53,854 nucleotides of DNA from a virus, in the IMG/VR virus record IMGVR_UViG_3300025941_000004, one strand, 5' to 3'. The position numbers and the translations under genes were made by a program. Below the pieces are notes generated by a model that had not been told where the DNA came from, ran no database searches, and saw only the letters and a program-made list of their open reading frames with translations. Positions 40,295 to 49,677 of this stretch are shown piece after piece. The stretch's first letter is position 1; every line of letters starts with the position of its first letter.

Positions 40295-43200
40295 CACGGT
40301 CTCCTGGTGTCGATGAAGGGGTTGGGTGTCCCGTTCGTTGTGTACGGGTCTGTGGTGTCGTTCATCCCGGCGTAGTCCGAGCGCCCGTACTCGAAGGTCT
40401 CGACCGAGCCGTACTCGTAGCCGACGTTCACACTGATCGGCGCGTACCGGTACTGGATCAGGCTGATCTGGCCGTACGACGGCTTCGTAACCCCGAGCTT
40501 GTCGGGCACGGACTCGGCGAAGAAGAACCACTCCTTCAGGTCACGCCGGATCTGGAGGAAGTCCTCGAAGTCGTAGTACAGCTCGCTCGGGGCGTTGTGG
40601 TCGTAGACGTGCTTCGACACCTCGACGGCCCTGCCGTTGACGTCCCAGCTGCGGATGCCGTAGCGCATCGACCCGGCGAAGTTCCCGGCGTTGATGCCCA
40701 CCTGCTGCAGGTGGGCCCAGGCGTCGTGGGCGCGGTTGGCTCCCTGGGTGTTGGTCTCGATCTTCCAGGGGATCGCGCGCTGCTTGACGCTGCCGTCGAC
40801 GTCGACGAAGTCGTCGAAGCCGTAGAGCTCGTCGAGGTAGTAGATCCCGTCGGGACGTGACACCGACATGTGGACCATGCCGCCCTGCTCGATCTTCCGC
40901 AGGCTGGTGGCCTGGATCAGGAACCTGGACCAGGAGCCGCCTCCGGTGTCGGAGGACGCGCCACCGTCCAGAACCCAGATCTCGTTGCCGTTGCAGCCTG
41001 GCTCGAGCGACTCGCCGGCTGGGTTGTGGACCAGGTAGTAGAGCCGGAGGTCGTGGACCGAGGACACGATCCACTCCTTCCGGGTCAGTCCTTGCCACAT
41101 GTTGTCGATCTTGTCGGTCTGCGACTTGTGGTTGATGTTGTACATGGTGGCCGTGGACTTCATCAGCTGGTCGTCGAGCGGGTGGTACAGCCCGTTGTTG
41201 AACACCTCGCAGCCGTACGGCGACGTGGTGCCGGGCGTGGCTGTGGTCTCCTCGAAGCCCATCACGTTGACGGCCTCGGACTGCTGGGCGATGTTGGCCG
41301 GCGCCATGTAGTAGCAGGTGTTGTAGCCGTCGACGCCCCGGCACAGGATGGTGAGGGTGTCGGCGGACTGCGGGTTCTGCCACAGCTTCACGGTGGCAGC
41401 CATGTTCAGGTTGCCGGACGTGAGCGTCTTGAACCCGCCGCCGCGGCTGGACGAGAAGTCGGTGTAGGAGCCCTGCTGGTTCGACGTCCACTTGATGACA
41501 GCCGGGTTGGTGGCGTCCTTGACGATAATCATGCGGTCGGCTGCGACGATCCCCTGGCCACCACGTGACGGGTCGGAGTAGTTGATCCGCGTGTTCTTGG
41601 TCGGCACCATCATCTGCTCGTCACCTGCCTCAGACTGTGACGGGGTGACCCGTAGCCAGCCGTCGGGTCCGAGTGTCGAGGTCGGCTTCAGCTCGCGGGA
41701 GTCGACACGCACCGCCATCACCGGGACCGGGGACTGGTCGTTCCACTCGAGCATGTACAGGTTCCACTTGATGGCACCGGAGGCCATCGCGTTGACGAAC
41801 ACGTCCGACGGCATGGAGCAGACCAGCTGGTCGGCGCACTGCTCCGGGTCGGAGGTGGCGTTGCCGGACGGCTCGCCGGCTCCGTTCGGCGTCTCCCACT
41901 TCCACTGGACCCAGCTGCGCTGGCAGCGGACGGTGGTGATCGCCGAAGGCGCGGACTCGCCCACCTCGTTGGCGAAGGTGTAGAAGAACGCGAAGTTGTA
42001 GGCGTTGTCGTGGCCGTTCGACCCGTCGCTGATGAGGGTGTTCGGTGACCTGGTCTCCGGGTTCGGCAGCGTGCCGCCCACGGAGTAGGTGCGCTCGGTG
42101 CTGCTGGATGCGTGCGCGGTGCCGTTCCACTCGTACTTGGACGACGGGCTGTCTCCGAAGGAGCCGTCGAAGTAGGCGCCCAGTGTGGGCCCGCCCTCGA
42201 GGAGGACGGAGTCGACGTAGTGGAACTCGCCACGCGGCAGCGCCGGCACCCGGATCGTCAGCCGTACCGACGTGGTGTTGGCGGGCGCGGTGCCGAGGTT
42301 GGAGAGCCGGGTCCACCCGGCAGTGGCATCGGTGGTCATGGTGCCGACCTCGTTGGAGATGACACCGTTGTTGCCGATGTAGACCAGGTTCAGCTGGGCG
42401 CCGCGGGCGACGGTGCCACGGATGTAGGCAGAGCCTGCCCACCGCTGCGCACCGAGCGACATCGTCTGCCGGATCCCGACGTCGACCGGCGGGTGGTACA
42501 CCGAGGACGAGGCGTTGACCGCGCCGGTCCAGAAGTAGTTGGTTCCCGTGCTGCCGGTGAAGAACGTGGAGGACTCTGCGGACTGGAACAGGGAGACGTT
42601 GCGGACCTTGTAGTTCGCGTCGCCCTGGGCGGAGGTGTGGTAGCCGACCAGGTACACGGCCAGTGTCAGCGCACCGGACGGGACCTTGAACGCACTCGAC
42701 AGCTTCCGGCCCACGGTGTTGGTGAGGCTGTCGTTGACGATCAGGTTCTCCCCGACCTGCTTGTCAGCGGGGTTGTAGAACTTCACCATCACACCGGTAG
42801 CCCGGATCAGGTTGGTGCTGGTCACGTCGAACGCGACCCGGTAGGTCTCGCCAGCCTTCACGTTGACGTCGGGTCCACGGACGTAGCCGGCGAACCCGGC
42901 GGGCCCATCGTGGACGTTGACCCGCATCGCGTTCTCACCCGTGGTGGTGGTGATCGAGTCGACACCTGCCGACGCGTCCCAGCCGCCGATGCCGGTGGAG
43001 TTCACGTCGTGCAGCGGCTTGGTCATCAGGTTGGTGCGCTGCGGCAGCGACGACATCCGCAGCGAGAAGCCACCTGCCTGGTGCTGGGTGCTGTCCCGGC
43101 TGATGAAGGTGTCGGTGGTGTCGAGGGTCCAGGTGTCGTCGTTGGTCTCGAACGACGGGTTGAGCACCCGGTTGGTGCGGGTGGTGAGCGGGACACCTGA

Positions 43201-43833
43201 GTTCACCCAGCCCGCATCTGGATGCACCACGGTCAGCTTGTCGGCCACCGTCCACTCCGGGCGGACGATGGGCAGCATCCGCTTCGCGGTCTTCGTGGTG
43301 CCGACGTTGAACATGCGCAGCATGGAGCCGGCGTCAGAGAGGGCGAAGATCTTGTTGTCGATCTGCAGGTACTTCACGTACTGGGTGGTGGACCGGAAGT
43401 TGATGCCGGAGTCTCCGGCCTCGCCCTGCGGGATCGAGAACCCGGCGTCGGTCAGTGAGATGACGACACGCCCGGACGGGGTCTCGGCCAGCACCCGGAA
43501 GCTGACGGTCAGGTCGGTCTCCCGGACGGCGAACAGGTACGCCTTGGTGCCGTCGTTGAGGAAGAACGCCTCGTGCGACCCGACCACCGGCATGTTGAAC
43601 GCGGTGCCCACCGGCACGGCTTCTGTCGGGACCGTGGTGTAGGACAGGTACCGGAGCCCCGGTCGGATCCGGCAGGCACCCGACTCGGTGATGAGCGTGT
43701 TCTCCATGATCCGCAGGGAAGTCGAATCGGAGACACCCGGAGGGTACGCCGTCGACCAGCCGGTGAACTCGCGCAGGTAGGCGCGAGCCAGAGGCCGGTC
43801 TATCGGGGCCGGGACCTTCATCTTCGGAGGCAC
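40294..43833 (-). CDS. Large tail (nozzle / tail-tubular-B-like) protein with carbohydrate-binding-like inserts (1,179 aa)
   Basis: GGAGG upstream of GTG 43833. Size and position after an adaptor-like gene. VLNPSFETNDDTWTL-type segments are typical of CBM/galactose-binding-like domains. Confidence 0.45.
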   Translation of the reverse strand: MPPKMKVPAPIDRPLARAYLREFTGWSTAYPPGVSDSTSLRIMENTLITESGACRIRPGLRYLSYTTVPTEAVPVGTAFNMPVVGSHEAFFLNDGTKAYLFAVRETDLTVSFRVLAETPSGRVVISLTDAGFSIPQGEAGDSGINFRSTTQYVKYLQIDNKIFALSDAGSMLRMFNVGTTKTAKRMLPIVRPEWTVADKLTVVHPDAGWVNSGVPLTTRTNRVLNPSFETNDDTWTLDTTDTFISRDSTQHQAGGFSLRMSSLPQRTNLMTKPLHDVNSTGIGGWDASAGVDSITTTTGENAMRVNVHDGPAGFAGYVRGPDVNVKAGETYRVAFDVTSTNLIRATGVMVKFYNPADKQVGENLIVNDSLTNTVGRKLSSAFKVPSGALTLAVYLVGYHTSAQGDANYKVRNVSLFQSAESSTFFTGSTGTNYFWTGAVNASSSVYHPPVDVGIRQTMSLGAQRWAGSAYIRGTVARGAQLNLVYIGNNGVISNEVGTMTTDATAGWTRLSNLGTAPANTTSVRLTIRVPALPRGEFHYVDSVLLEGGPTLGAYFDGSFGDSPSSKYEWNGTAHASSSTERTYSVGGTLPNPETRSPNTLISDGSNGHDNAYNFAFFYTFANEVGESAPSAITTVRCQRSWVQWKWETPNGAGEPSGNATSDPEQCADQLVCSMPSDVFVNAMASGAIKWNLYMLEWNDQSPVPVMAVRVDSRELKPTSTLGPDGWLRVTPSQSEAGDEQMMVPTKNTRINYSDPSRGGQGIVAADRMIIVKDATNPAVIKWTSNQQGSYTDFSSSRGGGFKTLTSGNLNMAATVKLWQNPQSADTLTILCRGVDGYNTCYYMAPANIAQQSEAVNVMGFEETTATPGTTSPYGCEVFNNGLYHPLDDQLMKSTATMYNINHKSQTDKIDNMWQGLTRKEWIVSSVHDLRLYYLVHNPAGESLEPGCNGNEIWVLDGGASSDTGGGSWSRFLIQATSLRKIEQGGMVHMSVSRPDGIYYLDELYGFDDFVDVDGSVKQRAIPWKIETNTQGANRAHDAWAHLQQVGINAGNFAGSMRYGIRSWDVNGRAVEVSKHVYDHNAPSELYYDFEDFLQIRRDLKEWFFFAESVPDKLGVTKPSYGQISLIQYRYAPISVNVGYEYGSVETFEYGRSDYAGMNDTTDPYTTNGTPNPFIDTRRP

Positions 43834-43836
43834 GGG

Positions 43837-44634
43837 CTACCTCCGACGCTCGTCGCTGTGCGGGTGGTGGTGGTAGAAGTGATGCGTCTCGAGCCCGGAC
43901 TGGACGGGCACGAAGAACTCGTTGAGGTACGGCGAGTCCGTGTTCCGGTCGTCGCGCTCGATGACCTGGTACATCAGGTCCTTGTACTGCGCCTCGAGCG
44001 TCTGGACTCGTGGCTGCATGATCGGGTCTGTCTGCGCGTAGTAGAAGGATGCGCGGACGGTGATGATGTCGGGGTAGGAGAAGTCGATCGGCTGGTCTCT
44101 GATCGCAGGGTCGACGACGACCGCGGGCACCGTTGGGTCCTCGGGCTGCTCCGGCAGCCGGAACATCACCGGCTCCCGCATCACCGGGATCTGGATGTCG
44201 AGTCCGCCTTCCCACTCGAACAGCGGACGGGAGAAGGTGATCGCGTTGCGGACCACCGAGCACCACAGTCCGCTACGACCGATGTACTTGTGCAGGGCGT
44301 CGCGCGGCAGCACGTAGGCCCAGACGATGATGTGGCCGTCGGCGTCGACCAGGCGCACCGAGTCGTCACCGACGACACGGGGCCGGGAGTCAGCCGGTAG
44401 GAAGACGTCCGTGTCGCCAGCGACCGACGTGCCGGCGGACATCAGGGTGGAGTAGTAGGACCACTCGTGCTCCAACGCGTTCGAGCGGAGCGCCCGGTTC
44501 AGCTGGCGGGTGACGGCGATGTACCTGTCCAGTGTCGGGTCGTAGGACAGGTCGAGCCCGGTGAGGTTGGACAGCACCTCCTTCACACCCTCGTCGAGTG
44601 TGTAGACGAGCTCGGGGTTGATGGAGGCGGTCAC
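43837..44634 (-). CDS. Tail adaptor / tail-tubular-A-like protein (265 aa)
   Basis: GTGA-coupled. The call rests on position upstream of the large tail protein only. Confidence 0.4.
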   Translation of the reverse strand: MTASINPELVYTLDEGVKEVLSNLTGLDLSYDPTLDRYIAVTRQLNRALRSNALEHEWSYYSTLMSAGTSVAGDTDVFLPADSRPRVVGDDSVRLVDADGHIIVWAYVLPRDALHKYIGRSGLWCSVVRNAITFSRPLFEWEGGLDIQIPVMREPVMFRLPEQPEDPTVPAVVVDPAIRDQPIDFSYPDIITVRASFYYAQTDPIMQPRVQTLEAQYKDLMYQVIERDDRNTDSPYLNEFFVPVQSGLETHHFYHHHPHSDERRR

Positions 44635-45674
44635 GGTGCATCCTCCCAGCTTCGTAGCGTCGCGCCCTGTGGCTTGCGGTAGGACAGCTCGGTGTCGGCG
44701 TCAGCCTGCACGTCGTTGCTGACGTCACCGAGGATCTCTCCGCGACCACGCCAGTTCTGGATCCGGTCAGGAACACCGGGGTCCTTCCATGCCATCCCGG
44801 TGGCGCGTGCCATCCCGGTCTGTGCCTGCCGGGACTGACGCCGAGCACGACGCAGCCCGGTGCGCGCCCGCTTCGAGCCTTGCATCTCCAAGGCGTTGCC
44901 GTACTGCTCGGCCTGCATGCCGTAGGTGTTGGCGAGCTGGGTGTACACCTCGGAGCGGTGGGCGTAGTAGTCGGTCCACTGGCCCTCACGGTCGGCGTTG
45001 GCCTGGCCGTAGAGGTTGGCGCGTGCGGTCAGCGTGTCGACGTTGAGGTCCGTGCGCTGACCGTTGATCGAGGTGAGCGTGTCGTAGAAGGCACGGGTGT
45101 TGGTGGTCTCGTTGAAGTTCCAGTTCCGCAGGCTCATGCCCTGGGCACGGAGCATGTCGGACTCGCCGGCTCCTTGGGCCGTCGCCTCGCTCAGCGCGTT
45201 GCCCCGCTCGCGGGCACGGTTGGCGAGGTTGTCGAAGTTCTGTGTCCCGATCTGCTTCTCGTTGTCACCGGCAGCCTTCTCGAGCGTCCCGATACGGTCG
45301 TTGTAGCCGCGCATCAGGATGTCGTCGCGCTGCCCGGTGCGGAACGTGATGTTCGCCAACCGGGTGTCGAGAGCCTTCTTGAACCCAGTCTTGCCGAGTG
45401 CCAGCCTCAGCGCGGCAGCCTGCTCACCCAACGTCTTGGCCTGGCCGAGTGCCTTGACCGCGGCCTTGTGCTTGGCCTGTGCAGCCTGCCGGTCGGCCTT
45501 CGCCTGGGCGGCACGCTGTGCAGCCAGGTACGGGTTGCCACCACTGCCGGTGCCAGTGCCGGTACCGGTGCCACTGCCCGAGCTCGGGTTGGACGGTGGC
45601 GGGTTGGTGTGCGGGGTCGACGGCGGAGCCGACGGCCTGGTCGGGATCGAGTTGCCGGAGTCGTTAGTACGCAT
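44631..45674 (-). CDS. Putative internal virion / ejection protein (347 aa)
   Basis: ATG 45674. N-terminal P/S/G/T-rich region (GSGTGTGTGTGSGG), then an A/Q/R-rich helical region. Confidence 0.45.
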   Translation of the reverse strand: MRTNDSGNSIPTRPSAPPSTPHTNPPPSNPSSGSGTGTGTGTGSGGNPYLAAQRAAQAKADRQAAQAKHKAAVKALGQAKTLGEQAAALRLALGKTGFKKALDTRLANITFRTGQRDDILMRGYNDRIGTLEKAAGDNEKQIGTQNFDNLANRARERGNALSEATAQGAGESDMLRAQGMSLRNWNFNETTNTRAFYDTLTSINGQRTDLNVDTLTARANLYGQANADREGQWTDYYAHRSEVYTQLANTYGMQAEQYGNALEMQGSKRARTGLRRARRQSRQAQTGMARATGMAWKDPGVPDRIQNWRGRGEILGDVSNDVQADADTELSYRKPQGATLRSWEDAP

Positions 45675-47298
45675 AGCCGTTGCCTGTCTGCTGCTGCTGT
45701 GGCGGCTGCTGGGGCTGCTGCTGTGGCTGCGGTGTCGGCGTCGGGTTCGGCTTGGAGCTGGTGCCACCCGTGAGACCGAGCTGCTCACGGAACTGGTCGG
45801 CGGTGTAGAAGTGACCCTCACCTTGGCTCAGCGGGATGTTGTACAACTGCGCGTCCCGCGACCGCTGGTCCGCGTAGTTCATGAACAGATCGTAGTCACC
45901 AGGCTTGAGCTGGGAGTTGATCGCGGAGAGGATCTTGTCCCTCTGGTCGGCGTACTGCGGCTGGGCCAGCGCCTCGAAGGAGTTGCGGAAGAACACCGAC
46001 CGATCGTCCTGGCCGTAGCCGGGACCGGTCTGCGTCGGCCCAGCCGGTAGCCCGCCGAGCCGGTCGACCAGCGGGTTGCGTGCAGCGAGTGCCTCGGGTG
46101 AGACCGAGCGGAGCAGCTGGTTGCCCTCGGCCAGCTTGTCGGTGAGCTTCTGCTCGAAGTCGGCGGTGTTGCCGGACAGCACCTGGGTCAGCTGGTACCG
46201 GTCGAGCTGGGCTGGACCTGCCTTCGCCTCGTAGGCTGTCGGGCCCTGGATGTCCTTCAGGTGCGTCAGGTCGTCGGCAGTGATCGCGGCGTTCAGATGG
46301 ATGAAGTCATCCAGGTCCGCGGTGTGGTCCTTGAACTGGATCTGCTTCAGGACAGCCAGCGTCTCGGGTGCGAACATCTCGGAGCCGTGGTCCGCGCCGA
46401 ACATCCGCTGCACGGTGGCGTCGTACGTCGCCTGGTCCTGCGGGTTCGGCTTGTACGTGTCGGTGTTGGCGCGGTCCTTGTTGACTGCGTCGACCAGCAT
46501 CGTGTTGAAGTCGACGGCAGCCTTCTGCTTCGCGGGCAGCGCGTTGTACTCGCTCCACGTCAGCTGGTCGATGTCACCGACACCGACGCCCTGCGGCTTG
46601 TTCGGAGCCACCGGGCCTTGCATGTTGGTGCCGAGAGCGCGCTCGCGTATCGCCCGCTCCTTGGTGGCCAGGTCGATCCTGGCCTCGTCGACGGCCTGGG
46701 CCGGACCAGGCTGGAACGAGCCGATCGCAGGCTTGCCCTCGTTGTTGAGCTGGATGATCGGCGCAGCCACACCGTTGACGATGGACTGGTACTTCGCCAG
46801 ATCCTCCGGGTCCGCCTTCTTCTTGGCGATGGCGGCATCGAGCACCTGCCGTGCAGTGGCGACAGGGGTCGGTGGCCTGGCTACGCCAGCGACCTTCGGG
46901 ATCAGGTCGGCCTGGACCGGCGGTTCGGCTGACGCCATGATCTCGTTGAAGTCCGCTTGCGGGATCAGCCCTTGGAGCTGGGCGAGCTCGGCCTGCTCCC
47001 CGGTCAGCTTCGGCGGGTTCTTCTCCATCAGCGACTGGATGTCCAGGTGTGGCGTCGGGATCGCGGTCTGCGCCGGCTGCGGAGACGACGACGGTCCCGC
47101 TGGCACCAGGGATGCCAGCCAGTTCGCCAGGTTCACGCCCTGCTGGGGCGCGGGAGCGGGAGCCGGTGCCTGCACAGCAGGCTGGCTGGCCTGGAACCAC
47201 TGCTCCCACGGCAGCAGCCGCGGCCCACCAGGTCTGTTGGGCCTGCCGGGTCGCTGGACTACCGGACGCTGGACCTCCGGGTCATTCGACAGGGGCAT
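45664..47298 (-). CDS. Putative internal virion protein (544 aa) with Pro/Gln-rich termini
   Basis: Track ORF. C-terminal PNPTPTPQPQQQPQQPPQQQQ. Confidence 0.45.
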   Translation of the reverse strand: MPLSNDPEVQRPVVQRPGRPNRPGGPRLLPWEQWFQASQPAVQAPAPAPAPQQGVNLANWLASLVPAGPSSSPQPAQTAIPTPHLDIQSLMEKNPPKLTGEQAELAQLQGLIPQADFNEIMASAEPPVQADLIPKVAGVARPPTPVATARQVLDAAIAKKKADPEDLAKYQSIVNGVAAPIIQLNNEGKPAIGSFQPGPAQAVDEARIDLATKERAIRERALGTNMQGPVAPNKPQGVGVGDIDQLTWSEYNALPAKQKAAVDFNTMLVDAVNKDRANTDTYKPNPQDQATYDATVQRMFGADHGSEMFAPETLAVLKQIQFKDHTADLDDFIHLNAAITADDLTHLKDIQGPTAYEAKAGPAQLDRYQLTQVLSGNTADFEQKLTDKLAEGNQLLRSVSPEALAARNPLVDRLGGLPAGPTQTGPGYGQDDRSVFFRNSFEALAQPQYADQRDKILSAINSQLKPGDYDLFMNYADQRSRDAQLYNIPLSQGEGHFYTADQFREQLGLTGGTSSKPNPTPTPQPQQQPQQPPQQQQTGNGYAY

Positions 47299-47542
47299 CA
47301 GGCACCTCCTCGGCTACGTGCTCGCCATCTCCGGGCGATGGGACGTTGGCTGCCGACTGGAAGCCGAGGTACCCACCGATGATGACGAGTGCTTCGTTGA
47401 TCTTGTCGTAGTCGAGATCGACGCCGAACAGCGCGAGGAGCCCGACCACGACGCAGACCAGGGCGTACGCCAGCAGAATCCCCTGCCGCACCTTCGGCGG
47501 GATCGACTGAAGCCACGACGTGATGATGCTGACGGGGTTCAT
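47282..47542 (-). CDS. Small membrane protein (86 aa)
   Basis: TGATG overlap. Hydrophobic ILLAYALVCVVVGLLALFGV and ALVIIGGYLGF. Confidence 0.5.
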   Translation of the reverse strand: MNPVSIITSWLQSIPPKVRQGILLAYALVCVVVGLLALFGVDLDYDKINEALVIIGGYLGFQSAANVPSPGDGEHVAEEVPDAPVE

Positions 47543-47763
47543 CAGGCCGGCGTCTGTCCTGTCGCACCGGTTCCGGAGATCTTCCAGACATCGGTGGCGA
47601 GCGGGCCCGCTGCACACAGCAGGATGCCGGTGGTGTCGTTGAACGCCAGCTTCCCCTTGTACTTGTTGCGGGTGTTGACGGCGTTGGCCTTGTCGGTCAG
47701 CGCAGCCGTGGTGGTCACCACCGGCATGTACTTGCTGGCGTTCTTGGTGTTGAGAGCGGGCAT
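47542..47763 (-). CDS. Hypothetical protein (73 aa)
   Basis: AAGGAG upstream of ATG 47763. Confidence 0.5.
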   Translation of the reverse strand: MPALNTKNASKYMPVVTTTAALTDKANAVNTRNKYKGKLAFNDTTGILLCAAGPLATDVWKISGTGATGQTPA

Positions 47764-47788
47764 TGCGATTCTCCTTGGTTGGTTGGTG

Positions 47789-48304
47789 CTAGGCGAGCCG
47801 GATGAGCTGAAGGTTGTGGTTGGGCGGACCGAGTGCCAGGTTGCTACCCAAGTTATGCCAGCATCGGGGCTCAATGGTGTCGTTGACCGCCATGTACCTG
47901 CAGTGGACGAGCTCTGTGGTGATAGCGGTGGACGTGTAGTTCTCGTTGCGCCGATCCTCCACGCCGTTGTAATGGAACGTGGTGATACGGCGCCCGGCGG
48001 CTCCGGCGGAGAACGAGATGTCCGTGGTCATCAGGTACAGCCCTGCGATCAGAACGGTGAAGACACCGCCGGTAGCGGGACCGGACACATAGCCGGGGTT
48101 GGTCACGCCAGCCACCCTGGTCCATCCAGGGATGCCGTTGTAGGTGGCCGTTGGAATGGATGTGGTCGCCGTCGACTGGAACCAGTCCATCGCAGGCTTC
48201 ACCCCGCCAGTCACTGCAGCGTCGACGTACTGCTTGGTGGCAGCCTCCATCGCTGCCGCCGGGTCGGCGGGCAGGACGATGGGGGTCAGGGTCTTGCGGC
48301 TCAC
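47789..48304 (-). CDS. Tail-fibre-associated protein with beta-rich C-terminal domain (171 aa)
   Basis: N-terminal LPADPAAAMEAATKQYVD fibre-type motif. GTGA overlap with the fibre gene. A C1q/TNF-like jelly roll is only a guess. Confidence 0.45.
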   Translation of the reverse strand: MSRKTLTPIVLPADPAAAMEAATKQYVDAAVTGGVKPAMDWFQSTATTSIPTATYNGIPGWTRVAGVTNPGYVSGPATGGVFTVLIAGLYLMTTDISFSAGAAGRRITTFHYNGVEDRRNENYTSTAITTELVHCRYMAVNDTIEPRCWHNLGSNLALGPPNHNLQLIRLA

Positions 48305-49668
48305 GCAGCCACCACCACCCGGTAGTCACCGGCAGCGGGTGCGACCGTGAAGCGGAGCGTCACGTTGTTCACGGTGCCACGTTCGACATCGCAGTCGATG
48401 GTGTCCCAGGGCGTGGTGTTCCGGTACACCTCGACGGTGACGTCACGGGTGTTCAGGTTGTGAGCCACCGTCACCGCTGTACCACTGCCGACGTCGGCTG
48501 CGTACCTGGTGGTGGAGGCGGTGTGCGTGTGGTCGGACTTGGCTGCGGTGACAGCCGCTCCGGTGCCTGCGAAGTTCACGGACAGCAGGTCGGCGGCTGC
48601 GGTCAGCGATCCATCGGTGACGACGTTGATGGTCTGCCCGGACTGGGTCAGGCCGTTACCGGCGTTGACCGAGCCGGCGGAGGAGAACTGGGTCCAGGTG
48701 ATCGGAGTGGTGTTCAGGGTGCCACCCTGGTCGGCGGTGCAGACCCAGCCGGTGTCGGCGTTGACGGTGCCACGCTCGACGAACACGTAGGCGCTGGGAA
48801 CCTCGGTCCAGACGTCCATCTCGCTATCGCGGGTACCAACCCAGGGCGGGGAGTTCTGGACGAAGTAGATGCCGTTCTGTGCCGGGGTCGCCTGGTCCTT
48901 GACCAGGATCCGGCAGCCGTCGACCAGGGCGATGCCGTCGATGGTGGATGGCAGGTTGGAGAGGGTGACGGGACCGGTCGTCGCGCACAGCACGCTGGAC
49001 TTGGAGTCCAGCCCGCGAGCGACGTCATCGACGTAGAGCTTGGAGGCTGCGTCACCGTTCTGCTGCGGTACCGCCAGGTTGGTGATCCTGAAGCCACCCA
49101 TCGAGATGTCTTTGGTGGCGGCAGCGAAGTTGCTGACCGGGTATGCAGCATGCGCGGCAGCGTCGTGGTTGGCCCAGGTCGGTGACGCTGCCCCACCGGA
49201 TAGCAGCATCTGACCGGCGGTGCCGACGGCGGAGCCACCGAACGTGGCGCCGTTGCCCTGCCAGATCACGCCACCGATAGCGAAGCCGGAAGCGTTGACC
49301 CCAGTGCCGCCCTTGGTCTGGGCGAGCAGCCCGGTGATGCCGACGTCGGTGAGCGCGTGGCCGTGGTCACCGGCTGCAGCATCGGTGGCGGCGGTGCCGA
49401 GCTTTCGCAGAGTCGGCGTGGCAGCCGCGCCGTTGGCTGCCAGTGCGTCGCCGCCACCGAAGTTGTGGGTGGCGGCGTGCGCTGCCGGGATGCCGGACTT
49501 GGCTGCCTGCCACGACGTGCCGTCGTACCAGTTGAGGACGTTGGCTCCGGTGTCGAAGTAGATCTGCCCTTTGACCGGCGAGCTGGGGGCAGCACCGAGG
49601 TTCTGCGCGACAGCGTTCTGGAACTCGTTCTTCCCCAGGTCGATGTGGGTCAGGAACTTCCGTGCCAT
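48301..49668 (-). CDS. Tail fibre protein (455 aa)
   Basis: Conserved fibre N-terminus MARKFLTHIDLGKNEFQNAVAQNLGAAPSSPVKGQIYFDT. C-terminal domain is shared with 49678..50547. Confidence 0.65.
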   Translation of the reverse strand: MARKFLTHIDLGKNEFQNAVAQNLGAAPSSPVKGQIYFDTGANVLNWYDGTSWQAAKSGIPAAHAATHNFGGGDALAANGAAATPTLRKLGTAATDAAAGDHGHALTDVGITGLLAQTKGGTGVNASGFAIGGVIWQGNGATFGGSAVGTAGQMLLSGGAASPTWANHDAAAHAAYPVSNFAAATKDISMGGFRITNLAVPQQNGDAASKLYVDDVARGLDSKSSVLCATTGPVTLSNLPSTIDGIALVDGCRILVKDQATPAQNGIYFVQNSPPWVGTRDSEMDVWTEVPSAYVFVERGTVNADTGWVCTADQGGTLNTTPITWTQFSSAGSVNAGNGLTQSGQTINVVTDGSLTAAADLLSVNFAGTGAAVTAAKSDHTHTASTTRYAADVGSGTAVTVAHNLNTRDVTVEVYRNTTPWDTIDCDVERGTVNNVTLRFTVAPAAGDYRVVVAA

Positions 49669-49677
49669 CGTGTGCTC

